Below are positions 28,059 through 38,040 of a DNA stretch of 64,000 nt, piece by piece; the first letter of the stretch is position 1; every line of letters starts with the position of its first letter. A program made the position numbers and the translations under genes. This stretch comes from Candidatus Saccharimonadota bacterium. Lineage in GTDB: Bacteria > Patescibacteriota > Saccharimonadia > CAILAD01 > BJGX01. Location: the NCBI GenBank assembly GCA_035329105.1, contig DAOLHK010000002.1, positions 5,557-69,556 of the forward strand, read 5' to 3'. Below the pieces are notes generated by a model. That model saw only the letters and a program-made list of their open reading frames with translations, had not been told where the DNA came from and ran no database searches.

Positions 28059-29231
28059 TTAATAGATGTACATAAATGTCGAAGCAGAAGTTGTACGGTA
28101 GCTACGTCGGCCCCATCCACCGCCGCCACCCCAGTAATTCATTTCTGAGACAGTTACGGTATCGCCATTGACGCTCTCTACATAAGCTACGTGATTGCCA
28201 CGTTCCCAAGCTACAGCACCTACTCTAGGAGTTGACCCTGTACCGTATCCAGCAGCTCTGGCAGCACTTAGCCAAGTGTATGCATTACCCCAGTTACCAG
28301 GTATAGCACGTCTACTAGCCACATACCAAGTACAGTATCCGTATGCATAGGTATTGCCGATAGATCCAGCGCCCTGTAGACCCTTGATACTATAGGCAGT
28401 AGTTCCGCCTGAAGTACTTGGAGCAGTTGCAAGATTTACAGTAGGAGCTGGTACTTCTGGTGGTTTTACACCTTCAGGAATTATGATCTTTTGACCATTG
28501 AGAGGTGACTTTCCATCTAGGCCGTTGAAGCTATCTATAAGACCAGCGTTAGCATTGTAAGTCTCAGCTAGCTTAGTGATGTCATCATTACCAGTACCTG
28601 TGTAGAGTACACCAGAAATAGGAAGTATTGTAAGCTGTACGCCTGGCTTGATGCTATTCTCATCAGTAATATCGTTGGCCCACTTGATAGTATCAGTGGT
28701 GATATTGAATTTCTGAGATAGCGAGCTAAGAGTATCGCCTTCTTTTACAGTATATTGCAAGATATCACGGCTTGGAGCACCGGCAGTGATTACAGGTTGC
28801 TTTTTGGCCAAGAAGTTGTCTCCAGCAGTCGTAAGGACTGTAAGAGAGTTGATATCTCGTGCCTTTTGGCTGATATCACTACTAATCGGTGAAGCGGCGC
28901 CTTCAGAAAGAACTGCACCTGTAGTGATGAGTGTAGTTCTATCAGTTTTGCTCGAATCAGCTTTATTTGATACTAGATTTGATTGAGAATTGACTTGACC
29001 AATACTAACTGCCACGACAGCACAGGCAATCACTGAGGCATGAATAAGATATCGACCAAATAGCGACTTTGAAGATTTGCTTGATACATTAGTCTTCTTT
29101 GAGTCTTTGAATATTCGATTTTGAGATCGGGAACTTTCTATATTTTTAGAAAGCGTGTTTGTTTTGTTAAAAGTTTCTGGTTGTCCCACGCCCGAGAAAA
29201 TTTCTCGACGCACTTGAAGGGGCAAGCCCAT
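28059..29231 (-). CDS. LysM- and CHAP-domain peptidoglycan hydrolase
   Basis: TM, YTVKEGDTL LysM, GYCTWYV / GNA..W / HVAYVE / SEMNY CHAP motifs; start may be ATT 29246. Confidence 0.9.
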   Translation of the reverse strand: MGLPLQVRREIFSGVGQPETFNKTNTLSKNIESSRSQNRIFKDSKKTNVSSKSSKSLFGRYLIHASVIACAVVAVSIGQVNSQSNLVSNKADSSKTDRTTLITTGAVLSEGAASPISSDISQKARDINSLTVLTTAGDNFLAKKQPVITAGAPSRDILQYTVKEGDTLSSLSQKFNITTDTIKWANDITDENSIKPGVQLTILPISGVLYTGTGNDDITKLAETYNANAGLIDSFNGLDGKSPLNGQKIIIPEGVKPPEVPAPTVNLATAPSTSGGTTAYSIKGLQGAGSIGNTYAYGYCTWYVASRRAIPGNWGNAYTWLSAARAAGYGTGSTPRVGAVAWERGNHVAYVESVNGDTVTVSEMNYWGGGGGWGRRSYRTTSASTFMYIY

Positions 29232-29452
29232 AATCTTTTTACTAATACAGTTCTCCCTCCGTCATATGACGGACATCTACGGCTTATCTGTCTCTCGATA
29301 TAAATATCGAGACAAGGAACTTCGACCTGAAGTTATTATTAATATTCCCTAATCTGATAAGTTTGTCGTAGGAACTCTTACTTAAATAAATTTCAATTTA
29401 CCAGGTCAAAAACAGCCTGATTGGTATTTATTAAAGTAAGTGTACGCCCCAT

Positions 29453-29481
29453 ATAGTAGCACGTGGAAAAATCGTGGTCAA
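29453..29481 (-). promoter_or_regulatory. Sigma70-type promoter of the LysM/CHAP gene, ahead of a long structured 5' UTR
   Basis: TTGACC, 17 nt, TACTAT. Confidence 0.6.
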
Positions 29482-29520
29482 GGAGGTAATTTTGCTTATA
29501 TACAGGTAAAATATAGTGTT

Positions 29521-30585
29521 TTACAGGTGATTTTTGATATTTTCGTTATGTTCTTGTAGTGTATTTGCGTAATATACCTTACCATCGTTACCGGCCAGGA
29601 AGAATAAATATTCTGAATCTGTAGGCTCTAAAGTAGCCTTGATAGCATCCGTACTAGGATTGTTAATAGGGGTAGGAGGAAGACCTTTGTAAAAATATGA
29701 ATTGTAAGCAGTATCTATCTTTAAATCTTCTGCTAAAGTCTTAGCTCTACCTGTAATGTAATTGACCGTAACATCACTCTCTAACTTCATCCCCACTGCA
29801 AGGCGGTTGAGAAATACTCCTGCTACCAACTTTCGATCGGTAACCGTAAGTGCCTCTTTTTCTACAATAGAAGCAAGGGTGAGAGTTTCATACTGATCCA
29901 ATCCTCCTGGAAGATTTCCCTCCAACAATGGTAAAGCATTGTCCCTATATGCCTCATACTGTTTTCGCACCAACACTTCAGCGGGGCTATTTACAGGAAA
30001 GACATAGGTGGCAGGAAAAAGGAATCCTTCCGGATTACCAAGAGCCTGTACAGGTATAAAATCAAATTCAGGGGCTACGGCTTTGACAGCATCTTGATAC
30101 TGCTGTTTTGTGCCGTATCCAGCAGCTTGATAGCGCTTGGCCATATCCTCTATAGTAATGCCTTCTGGATATGTTATTTTATTGATTGCAGTCTTGCCGG
30201 CAGCCATCGAATCCACTATTTGCTTAATGCTGCTGGTTGGTTTTATCAGGTAAGGTCCGGGCTTGAGTTGGCCTCTCGCGGGACCTAACCTAGCATAGAG
30301 TACAAACACAAGTTTATTGGATATCAGATTTTTCTCGGAAAGATTATTGGCTATGGAGTCTATACCGCTGTTGGGCTCAACAACCACTACCTGGCCATCT
30401 ACTGATATATCTGATCTTATAGAACTAAGCCCCATCAAGAACCATAGCATTGATGAAAGAATCACTATTAATAACACTAGTCCTGCCACACCTGTGATCT
30501 TCAACCATAGTTTGGACTTGTGTGCCTTGGGTTCAATCTCAGGTGCTTCTTCGTTGGATGGTGTTTTGTTAGTACTGGGATTCAT
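29521..30585 (-). CDS. mltG: Endolytic transglycosylase MltG
   Basis: EG.LFPATY, LASIVEKE, NRL..GM.LESD, GLPPTPI.NP. Confidence 0.92.
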   Translation of the reverse strand: MNPSTNKTPSNEEAPEIEPKAHKSKLWLKITGVAGLVLLIVILSSMLWFLMGLSSIRSDISVDGQVVVVEPNSGIDSIANNLSEKNLISNKLVFVLYARLGPARGQLKPGPYLIKPTSSIKQIVDSMAAGKTAINKITYPEGITIEDMAKRYQAAGYGTKQQYQDAVKAVAPEFDFIPVQALGNPEGFLFPATYVFPVNSPAEVLVRKQYEAYRDNALPLLEGNLPGGLDQYETLTLASIVEKEALTVTDRKLVAGVFLNRLAVGMKLESDVTVNYITGRAKTLAEDLKIDTAYNSYFYKGLPPTPINNPSTDAIKATLEPTDSEYLFFLAGNDGKVYYANTLQEHNENIKNHL

Positions 30586-30968
30586 TTGAGATAATCCTCC
30601 AGTATAATTTGAGCCGATATCTGGTCGAGCATTTTTTTCCTAGTAGCGATTGGTGTATTCTGGCCTATTCTTTGAAGTGCTCTTTCAGAGCTTAGAGCCT
30701 CATCTTGATATTTTACAGGTAATCCAGAAGTCCTAGCCAGATTCTCCCCAAATTGCCTAGCGAGCTTGGTCTGAGCAGTGTCTTCACCTTCTAGATTGCG
30801 CGGAATACCTACTACAAGCTCTGCGGGATGATATTTTTCAATAAGATTGTTGATATTTGATTCTAATGCATCAGCATCAAGTGTGGCCAGTGGCTCAGCA
30901 ATGTTGTCTTTAGCGATTGCTACACCTGTTCTTTTCAAACCAAAATCAAACCCCAAAATAACGGTCAT
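30582..30968 (-). CDS. ruvX: YqgF/RuvX RNase H-fold nuclease
   Basis: LGFDFG.KRTGVA, VVGIP, DE.LSS, D..SA..IL. Confidence 0.9.
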   Translation of the reverse strand: MTVILGFDFGLKRTGVAIAKDNIAEPLATLDADALESNINNLIEKYHPAELVVGIPRNLEGEDTAQTKLARQFGENLARTSGLPVKYQDEALSSERALQRIGQNTPIATRKKMLDQISAQIILEDYLK

Positions 30969-32635
30969 TATTCGGTTTTTACCTTTATCTCTACTTTGAT
31001 GCGATTGGCAAAAAATGGTAAGTAAGGCATAAGGGCTGGATTGGATTCTACTTGTACTGATTCTACTTGTGGATTATTGGGCTGTATGACATCAGCTGCA
31101 CTTTTCTTACTTTTGCCGGCTACTTCTTTGCTAACTGTTTCGGTGTCGATAATCTTTCCATAAAAAGCATTGCCTACAGCCTGCATCTGAGCACTTGCTC
31201 CAGTCAATTTTGCAACAGTATAGATGGCGTCTGAAGAGCCAGTCTGATAAAGCTGATTGTTGGCAGGAACTTGAGTCTTGAGCTGTATCTCAAATACTTT
31301 ATCGATATCACTCTTTGCAGCTGCTAGCTCGCTATATTTGACTCTAGCACTCACTGTCCCACCAGCACTCTCGCTACCCTCAGGTGAAGTAGCGTTGATA
31401 TTGCTGATCTCGGTAGAAAAGGTATCTGCAAACACTTTCTGATCATCATTACCTTTCTTGGACAATTCTTGCTTGGCTCCTTCGGTAGCATTTGCTATCA
31501 TGTCGGCTTTAGCCTTATCTATGTCTGCCTGAGTCACTACTGTTACTACCTTGCTACTACCGCCCGTGGTCGATCCGCTACCTGTAACTTTTGAGTCATA
31601 ACCGGCGATACTAAAAGTACCGCTACTAATATTGAAGCTATCGCCATTTGCAGCAGCGGTGATGCTTCCGCTGGCAGTGCCTGCTTTTGTACAGCTACCT
31701 CCACTAAACTTAGCTCCTGGTATAGCTACGCTAGAATTGAGGCTAAATTTTTGACCAGATGAGGCAAGAACTGTACCGGCGGGTATAGTAAAGTCATCTG
31801 AATTGGAGCAATTACTAATGGTAATAGTGCCGCTGGCTTTGGTGCCGACATCTTTTTTGCCACTGGCATTGTACTGAGCACTTAAGTCTTTGGTAGTAGA
31901 AATCTGATCAGCCGCAACTATTGCTGCTTCGGGATCTGATTTCTTGGTGCCCGAGTCAAGCGTGAACTGTACATTGATAGGTGTCTTTTGAGCTTTGGCA
32001 TTTAATATCACCTTAGCAGTCGGCAAGAATATATAGGCCAATGCAAGCATTATGAATCCCGCAAGTATCGCTACAAATATAGCAATCTTCTTATTGAGAC
32101 CCATGAAATTGGGTACTTTGGGTTCGTTGGGGTTTCTCTGGCTTTTGTTGACTTCTTCTCTCTTGGAGGCTTTTGACTTTTTGTTGGTATCCTTGAGTGA
32201 TATGTGCTTTTTCTCAAAGCTACCACTGTTTTTAGAACCTGAGCTATCTCGAGATCCTGCTTTGGAATTTTCTGGACTATAATCATCAAAATCTGATTGA
32301 TCAATTACTACTGGCTCGTTTCTGCCCTCTATTGGTAGGTTGCTAGCTTGTGGCACGGACGATTCGGCTTTGACGTTTTTGGCGATAAGTATTCCTAGAC
32401 CACCCGCCATACTTACCGTAGCTTTGTCACCGCTAACTATTACCAGCTTCTTATGCGCTGAGGTAGCTGTTTTTTTGAGTAACTTCAAATTGATAGCACT
32501 CTGAAGCATTGTGCTTCGAGCGGGTACTGCTATACGTACCTCATCAGAGCTACTGGCTTTGAGCTTGTCTATAGCTTCAGTTATCTCTGAATCTGATTCT
32601 AGATATATTACATCTGGGTTGGGATTTTCAGGCAT
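30968..32635 (-). CDS. Conserved hypothetical membrane protein (CPR-type, baseplate-J-like C-terminal region)
   Basis: IYL..D.EIT..I N-terminal domain, single TM (LP.A.V), KA.G.ITI.N, IPAGT beta-rich ectodomain. Confidence 0.65.
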   Translation of the reverse strand: MPENPNPDVIYLESDSEITEAIDKLKASSSDEVRIAVPARSTMLQSAINLKLLKKTATSAHKKLVIVSGDKATVSMAGGLGILIAKNVKAESSVPQASNLPIEGRNEPVVIDQSDFDDYSPENSKAGSRDSSGSKNSGSFEKKHISLKDTNKKSKASKREEVNKSQRNPNEPKVPNFMGLNKKIAIFVAILAGFIMLALAYIFLPTAKVILNAKAQKTPINVQFTLDSGTKKSDPEAAIVAADQISTTKDLSAQYNASGKKDVGTKASGTITISNCSNSDDFTIPAGTVLASSGQKFSLNSSVAIPGAKFSGGSCTKAGTASGSITAAANGDSFNISSGTFSIAGYDSKVTGSGSTTGGSSKVVTVVTQADIDKAKADMIANATEGAKQELSKKGNDDQKVFADTFSTEISNINATSPEGSESAGGTVSARVKYSELAAAKSDIDKVFEIQLKTQVPANNQLYQTGSSDAIYTVAKLTGASAQMQAVGNAFYGKIIDTETVSKEVAGKSKKSAADVIQPNNPQVESVQVESNPALMPYLPFFANRIKVEIKVKTE

Positions 32636-32743
32636 AGTTGTTATATATTATAGCGCAATCTTGCTATGCTTGCAGTATTGTACTGCATCTAATAACCATC
32701 ATGAGCATTTTGTTGTGACCAAATAATTACGTTTCCAGCAGCA

Positions 32744-34024
32744 TCATAGAGATAGCGTGCGACTGAGCCGTTGAAGCATATTTTCGCCCGCACTTTGTGA
32801 ACCAATTATATCAAGTCCTAGATTGGCAAGACCCATAGGAGTAATGTCTTGAGGACTATTGAGCTGATTGGTCTTATCTATTACTCTATTGACTTCGGTA
32901 GGCTTTACAAAGTCAATTGTGGGTTTGCGAGTAAAAGGCAGATTTTTGTACCAGTCAGTATTGGACAGAGCATGTTTTATTTCCGGCAATGCAGATCCGC
33001 CACCACAGAGCAATATTCTATTGGGCAAGTGTTCTATACCTTCAAATTCTCCTAGTCCTAGCTCTACACCTGATATCCATGTCTCTATATCACTCTTAAG
33101 TGCATCGGAAACAGCTTTGTCGTCTTCAGCACTCAGCTTGCCAGCCGAATGATCTAACTTCATCTCTTCAGCCTGATCAAAATTGACTCCAAGTGATGTA
33201 CTTATACGCTTCGTAAAACTCCGGCCACCTATAGCAAACATCTGAGTACCTTCGACACCACCATTATTTACTACTGCTATATCGGATGTACCGCCACCAA
33301 TATCTATAAATACAGCCGAAAACTCAGTACTATCATCGGCACCGACACTCTTGGCTACAGCAAAAGGTTCAGCAGCGATATTAATCAGATTGAGATCAAG
33401 ATCAGCAGCCACAGTCTGCAATGCTCCCAAATGAACCATCGGTGCAAAAGCATTGAATATCTGGATAGTCACATCTCTGCCTTGGAATCCAATAGGATTG
33501 GTCACTCTATACCCATCAATATGTACATCTACGACTGCCGCGTTGACAAGTTTGACCTCTAGCTCTTGCTTGCCTGTCTCCCAGCTGAGCTGCTTCTTGA
33601 CATTATCAAATGCTTGTTTTTGGATGCGTTTGATGATGTCCATCAACTCAGCTTGATCAATCTTGACGTCTGGTCTGGCTCTACGATAGCTCACACTGGT
33701 AGTACCACCTTTGACTAGCTCGCCGGCGATACCAATGACTGAATCTTTTGCTACTACTTCAGCCATTTCCTCGGCGCGGCGCAGGGCCGCATCGCAGTTC
33801 TCTACTACACCAGCAATATCCGTGACTGCTCCTCCAGCCATGTCGGTCAGTCTTTGGCGCTGTCTTCCTACGCCAATAATCTCAATGACTTGGTTCTGTT
33901 TACCAGCGGAGTCGGTATGATTTACTACCTTACCAATAAGTGCTTTGGCGTACTCTGTACCAATATCTAGGGATACTAGGTATTGGCCGGTTTTTTTCTT
34001 CTTTGTAAATCCAGGAATTTTCAT
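32744..34024 (-). CDS. FtsA-like actin-family ATPase
   Basis: LDIGT, AEP.A, DIGGGTSDIA, LCGGGS. Confidence 0.8.
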   Translation of the reverse strand: MKIPGFTKKKKTGQYLVSLDIGTEYAKALIGKVVNHTDSAGKQNQVIEIIGVGRQRQRLTDMAGGAVTDIAGVVENCDAALRRAEEMAEVVAKDSVIGIAGELVKGGTTSVSYRRARPDVKIDQAELMDIIKRIQKQAFDNVKKQLSWETGKQELEVKLVNAAVVDVHIDGYRVTNPIGFQGRDVTIQIFNAFAPMVHLGALQTVAADLDLNLINIAAEPFAVAKSVGADDSTEFSAVFIDIGGGTSDIAVVNNGGVEGTQMFAIGGRSFTKRISTSLGVNFDQAEEMKLDHSAGKLSAEDDKAVSDALKSDIETWISGVELGLGEFEGIEHLPNRILLCGGGSALPEIKHALSNTDWYKNLPFTRKPTIDFVKPTEVNRVIDKTNQLNSPQDITPMGLANLGLDIIGSQSAGENMLQRLSRTLSL

Positions 34025-34144
34025 ATTATTTTACTTATGATTATTATAGCAAAATTTTTGCGTCAGAGTCTTGTAGCTGGGTAGATATTGGGATATTATA
34101 GTCGCAATTCGTATCTGTTATCGAGAGATCCAGGGGATGACAAC

Positions 34145-34834
34145 ATGAGCATCATCGATGGAATTGCTACAGCACCACGAACGTTCTTTCAAGAAATAGC
34201 TAAACCTGTAGTGCATCGCTACAAGCGAGAAGATACATCGGAATATACTTGGTATGAGCGTAACCTAGCGAATGCATTCACTGTCTTTCGTATAGTCTTT
34301 GGGTTTATTGTAAGTATTGCGCTTTATACGGCATACGATAGTCCATGGCGAGGCTTCTGGTTCTTCATGACCGGAATAGTCATGATGAGCGATGGAGTAG
34401 ATGGTGAAGTTGCTCGTAAAATGGGTATAGAAAGTACGGTCGGTAAAGCGCTTGACCCAATTGCCGACAAGTTGCTATTGCTAGGACTCACAGTAAGTCT
34501 TATCTGTAACTTTTCTCAAGAATTTGGCTACTTTCCCGAATGGTTCTTTGTGGCTGCGATGGGTACGCTCTTCTTTGAGCTAAGTGTCCTGATCTCTGGA
34601 GCGCAAGTTGGTGCGAGATCTCGAGCACTCAATATCACTCCAATCGGCTCAAATGCCTATGGCAAGATCAAGTTTGGTATTCAATGCCTGGCTATGATCC
34701 TGGGTTGGACCATCCCAAATAGAGAAGTGGCTTGTGTAGCCGTTACCTTGCTACTTTTCTTGGCCATGCCATTCTCATTGCTCAGCAACCGCGGCTATAG
34801 GCAAGAGTTACGACGAATCCAAAGAATCCATTGA
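34145..34834 (+). CDS. CDP-alcohol phosphatidyltransferase (PgsA-like)
   Basis: N..T..R, DGVDG.VAR...S..GK.LDP.ADK signature, GK.K. Confidence 0.85.
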   Translation: MSIIDGIATAPRTFFQEIAKPVVHRYKREDTSEYTWYERNLANAFTVFRIVFGFIVSIALYTAYDSPWRGFWFFMTGIVMMSDGVDGEVARKMGIESTVGKALDPIADKLLLLGLTVSLICNFSQEFGYFPEWFFVAAMGTLFFELSVLISGAQVGARSRALNITPIGSNAYGKIKFGIQCLAMILGWTIPNREVACVAVTLLLFLAMPFSLLSNRGYRQELRRIQRIH

Positions 34835-34861
34835 ATGAAGGTCTGAAAGCCTTCAATCCCG

Positions 34862-34885
34862 AACCTCTGAAAGGAGGTTTTTTTA
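34862..34885 (+). terminator. Intrinsic terminator
   Basis: AACCTCT-gaaa-GGAGGTT then a T-run. Confidence 0.7.
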
Positions 34886-35041
34886 TTAATTATTGTGTGT
34901 CAGTATATTTTGACAATTTTTCGCGAAAGTTTTCCACAGGCTGTTGTCAACTATTACTGACAAACTACAAACTACATATTCTTAACATGCACAAACGCAG
35001 TGGGTTTAAACCTTTAAAATACTTATGGTATAATTGCATTA

Positions 35042-36544
35042 ATGACAATTAAGCAGATTATCCCCTACCAAATACTTGATTCGCGTGGCGAGCCTACCCT
35101 AATGATCATAATGATCTCTGACAGCGGCAAGAAGGCTAAATTCGCTGTACCCTCTGGATCTAGCTTTGGCAATGATGAGGCGCATGAAAAAAGAGATGGA
35201 CAAGGTCCATTTGATGGTAAAGGAGTACTAGGTTGCATAGAAAGCATCAACAATACCATAGCACCCAAGTTCATAGGCTATCCCCTAGACCAACAAGAAG
35301 ACTTTGACGAGCTTCTAGTGGCCTTGGATGGTTCTGAGAAAAAAGACAATCTTGGTGCCAACACACTACTTGCTTTATCTGGAGCATATCTGAAACTTTC
35401 TGCAATCGAAAAAGAACAACCATTGTGGCAGTACATAGCTGAACACAACAATACTAGCCCAGAATTTCCACAATTGTTTGCTAGTATCATAGGTGGCGGA
35501 ACGCATGCACCTGGATTAGATATACAAGAATTTATGATAGTACCCCAAAGCACATCACCAAGTGCTGCAACTCAACTAATCTATGAGGTATATCACAAGG
35601 TTCGCACCATCATGGAAAGCCTGTATGGCCCATCAGCTCAGCTCGTCGGAGACGAGGGCGGCCTAGCTCCGGTTGGTACCAACACCGAAGTAATACTTGA
35701 AGCCTTATCGCAGCTTAATAGCAAGATGAGTGTCAAATACGAAATAGCACTTGATGCATCGGCCAACAATCTGTACAAAGACGGATTGTACAGCATGGAG
35801 TCACAAAAGCTACATTCATCTGACTTATTCAAGCTTTATCAAGACTGGGACAACAAATTTAATCTTTATTCTATAGAAGATCCATTTGCAGAAAATGACC
35901 TTGAGGGAAAAGAAATTATTAAAGGTATGGCCGGCAAGCCCAAGCCATTCCTAGTGCTATCTGATGACTTTACAGTTACCAATAAATCTAAGATAGAAAG
36001 TATACAGCAAGATATGGTGTTTGATGGAATCGTCATAAAACCCAACCAAGTAGGTACATTTACTGAGACATTCCAGGCAATCCGAGCGGCTAGAGATAGT
36101 AAGGCCAAGGTCATCATAAGTCAACGTATCGGTGAAACTACCGACTCATTACTGGCAGATCTAGCTTATGGAATTGGTGCTATGGGTATCAAGATAGGAG
36201 CACCCGCTAGAGGCGAGAGAATCGCCAAATACAATCGATTGCTAGAGATAGAAGCAGATCTTGATACCAATCAGAAATTAGCCGGCCGGGACAATAACGT
36301 TATCCCGCCTTCTTCCACAGAACGAGGTGGAGCTAGTCCAGTCCAGCAAGACAATATGGCGCAGAATACTCCCAATCAAACTGCCGACAAAGTACCAGCA
36401 GCTACTACAGCTACCAATAGTTTTCAACAGCCAGCTTCACCATTATCGCAAACCTCCACTTCTACACCACCCTCTGTAGTACCGAGCAGCAATCAGATTC
36501 CTAACAACACACCCCCTGCAACTCCACCTAAATTGACTTTATAA
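35042..36544 (+). CDS. eno: Enolase (divergent, with low-complexity C-terminal tail)
   Basis: ILDSRG.PT, VPSG.S, LGAN, QEFM, GDEGG, IEDP, KPNQ.G, ER.AKYNRLL.IE. Confidence 0.85.
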   Translation: MTIKQIIPYQILDSRGEPTLMIIMISDSGKKAKFAVPSGSSFGNDEAHEKRDGQGPFDGKGVLGCIESINNTIAPKFIGYPLDQQEDFDELLVALDGSEKKDNLGANTLLALSGAYLKLSAIEKEQPLWQYIAEHNNTSPEFPQLFASIIGGGTHAPGLDIQEFMIVPQSTSPSAATQLIYEVYHKVRTIMESLYGPSAQLVGDEGGLAPVGTNTEVILEALSQLNSKMSVKYEIALDASANNLYKDGLYSMESQKLHSSDLFKLYQDWDNKFNLYSIEDPFAENDLEGKEIIKGMAGKPKPFLVLSDDFTVTNKSKIESIQQDMVFDGIVIKPNQVGTFTETFQAIRAARDSKAKVIISQRIGETTDSLLADLAYGIGAMGIKIGAPARGERIAKYNRLLEIEADLDTNQKLAGRDNNVIPPSSTERGGASPVQQDNMAQNTPNQTADKVPAATTATNSFQQPASPLSQTSTSTPPSVVPSSNQIPNNTPPATPPKLTL

Positions 36545-36558
36545 TATCTTTATCCAGT

Positions 36559-37311
36559 CTATGGCTGGAAAGTATTGTGTATAACATCAAAGGCATCTGA
36601 ATACTTTTCGTAGTTCTCTTCTGGAGATTGAGTAACTATGGTGTACACGGAATTGTCTTTGTTGAGTATCACTGTGACTTTGGCTTTGATTTTGCCGTTT
36701 TCGCCATTGTAAACAATAATGAATTTGAGCGCATCTAATCCTTTGAAGGTTTCGCGAGATTCATAGACTATCGTAGAACCATTGTATTTTTCTTTGATAC
36801 TATCTCTAATTGCGTTGAGAACATCCTTGCTATAGCCATTGGCTGGTGGTGGAAGATATATAATCTCGCTTTGACCATATACTTTTCCGGTATTGTTCTT
36901 GAGCTCATCTTTAAATATATAGCCTTGGGCGCCATCTTGGTTTTCGACTTCTTTGACCCAGCCTTTTGGAAACTTAATGGTATAGCTAGGGTTTGTATTG
37001 GAGAAAGTATCTAGTGTTACTCTTGGATTGGCTAAAGCAACAAAAATTATTATTAATATCACAAATTGGAATATACCGTTGAGTACCGAGATGATTATTC
37101 CTGCTATTGCTAGGCCTTTACCTTTTTCATTGCGTTTTGAAGCTTGTGAAATACCTACGATTGAGCAAATCAAACCGACTAGGGGTATAAAAAACGCTGA
37201 TATTAGACCTATTATCGATAAAGTATTAGTCTTTTGAGATTTGAGTGTATCTACCGCTTTGGGTTCGGTTTTAGTATTTTTGCTATTATCGACTTTTTGT
37301 TCTTCTGGCAT
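36559..37311 (-). CDS. DUF4190 membrane protein with PsbP-like C-terminal domain
   Basis: N.LSI.GLI...GLI..I.G...G.GLAIAGII; Y.I..P.GW. Confidence 0.7.
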   Translation of the reverse strand: MPEEQKVDNSKNTKTEPKAVDTLKSQKTNTLSIIGLISAFFIPLVGLICSIVGISQASKRNEKGKGLAIAGIIISVLNGIFQFVILIIIFVALANPRVTLDTFSNTNPSYTIKFPKGWVKEVENQDGAQGYIFKDELKNNTGKVYGQSEIIYLPPPANGYSKDVLNAIRDSIKEKYNGSTIVYESRETFKGLDALKFIIVYNGENGKIKAKVTVILNKDNSVYTIVTQSPEENYEKYSDAFDVIHNTFQP

Positions 37312-37479
37312 GACTCTCCTGGTTAATGTTAGTTAATATTATATACTCTAAAATTAGCCTTTTCTAGTTATGTAGATTATGTTGTATAGCATTAATTCCT
37401 GACAGGTTTAATATTTACCGAGCTATATAGGTATGATAATATACCTAAGATTATCGCACCCAAGAGGAGCTTAGACACC

Positions 37480-38004
37480 ATGCCACTTTCCACCCAATTG
37501 CTTGATCAGCATCAAGCTGAAGTTGCTAAGTTTGAACAAGAACATTACAATTCTTCGAGAGAACGCAGAAAGCGTAGTCGGCAAAAAAATAAGCAAATCA
37601 ATAAAGAAGTTATTTTACAACTTTATAGAGATGTTTTACCGGCCAGTATTGCCCAGAGATTCAGTCTCGATCTTAATCAAATTACTGAGGTCAAAAGTTC
37701 TAAACCATTTCTTTCTGCTAATTATGACTTAATTTATCGAGTAGATGATATCTTTATTGGTATCAAATTTAGAAGTCGTAAGAAGTGGTTGATTAGGACC
37801 TTAACATCTTCAGCAATTAGTGGATATGTAATCTACTGTGGTCAATTCAATGGATTTACCATTCAAAATTGCCACATATTCCCATTTAACCGTAATGGCC
37901 TAATGCAAGCGCTTTTAAAAATTAAGAGTAGTAAACTAGGTAGTTTGAAGTTTCAAGACTCTGATACGATTCGTGATTTGCTTAGATTAGAAATTCAAGA
38001 CTAG
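37480..38004 (+). CDS. Hypothetical protein
   Basis: GAGGAG SD, 174-aa ORF, followed by a hairpin. Confidence 0.6.
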   Translation: MPLSTQLLDQHQAEVAKFEQEHYNSSRERRKRSRQKNKQINKEVILQLYRDVLPASIAQRFSLDLNQITEVKSSKPFLSANYDLIYRVDDIFIGIKFRSRKKWLIRTLTSSAISGYVIYCGQFNGFTIQNCHIFPFNRNGLMQALLKIKSSKLGSLKFQDSDTIRDLLRLEIQD

Positions 38005-38010
38005 AGCTTA

Positions 38011-38040
38011 GCCCCAAAGAAAATTTGGGGTTTTATTTAT
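38011..38040. terminator. Terminator between convergent genes
   Basis: GCCCCAAA-gaaaa-TTTGGGGT then TTT. Confidence 0.65.

Noticed and set aside
34831-35052. 73-aa ORF and a DnaA-box-like TTTTCCACA near 34930
   Set aside because: The ORF runs through a terminator and promoter. A single imperfect box is not enough to call an origin.
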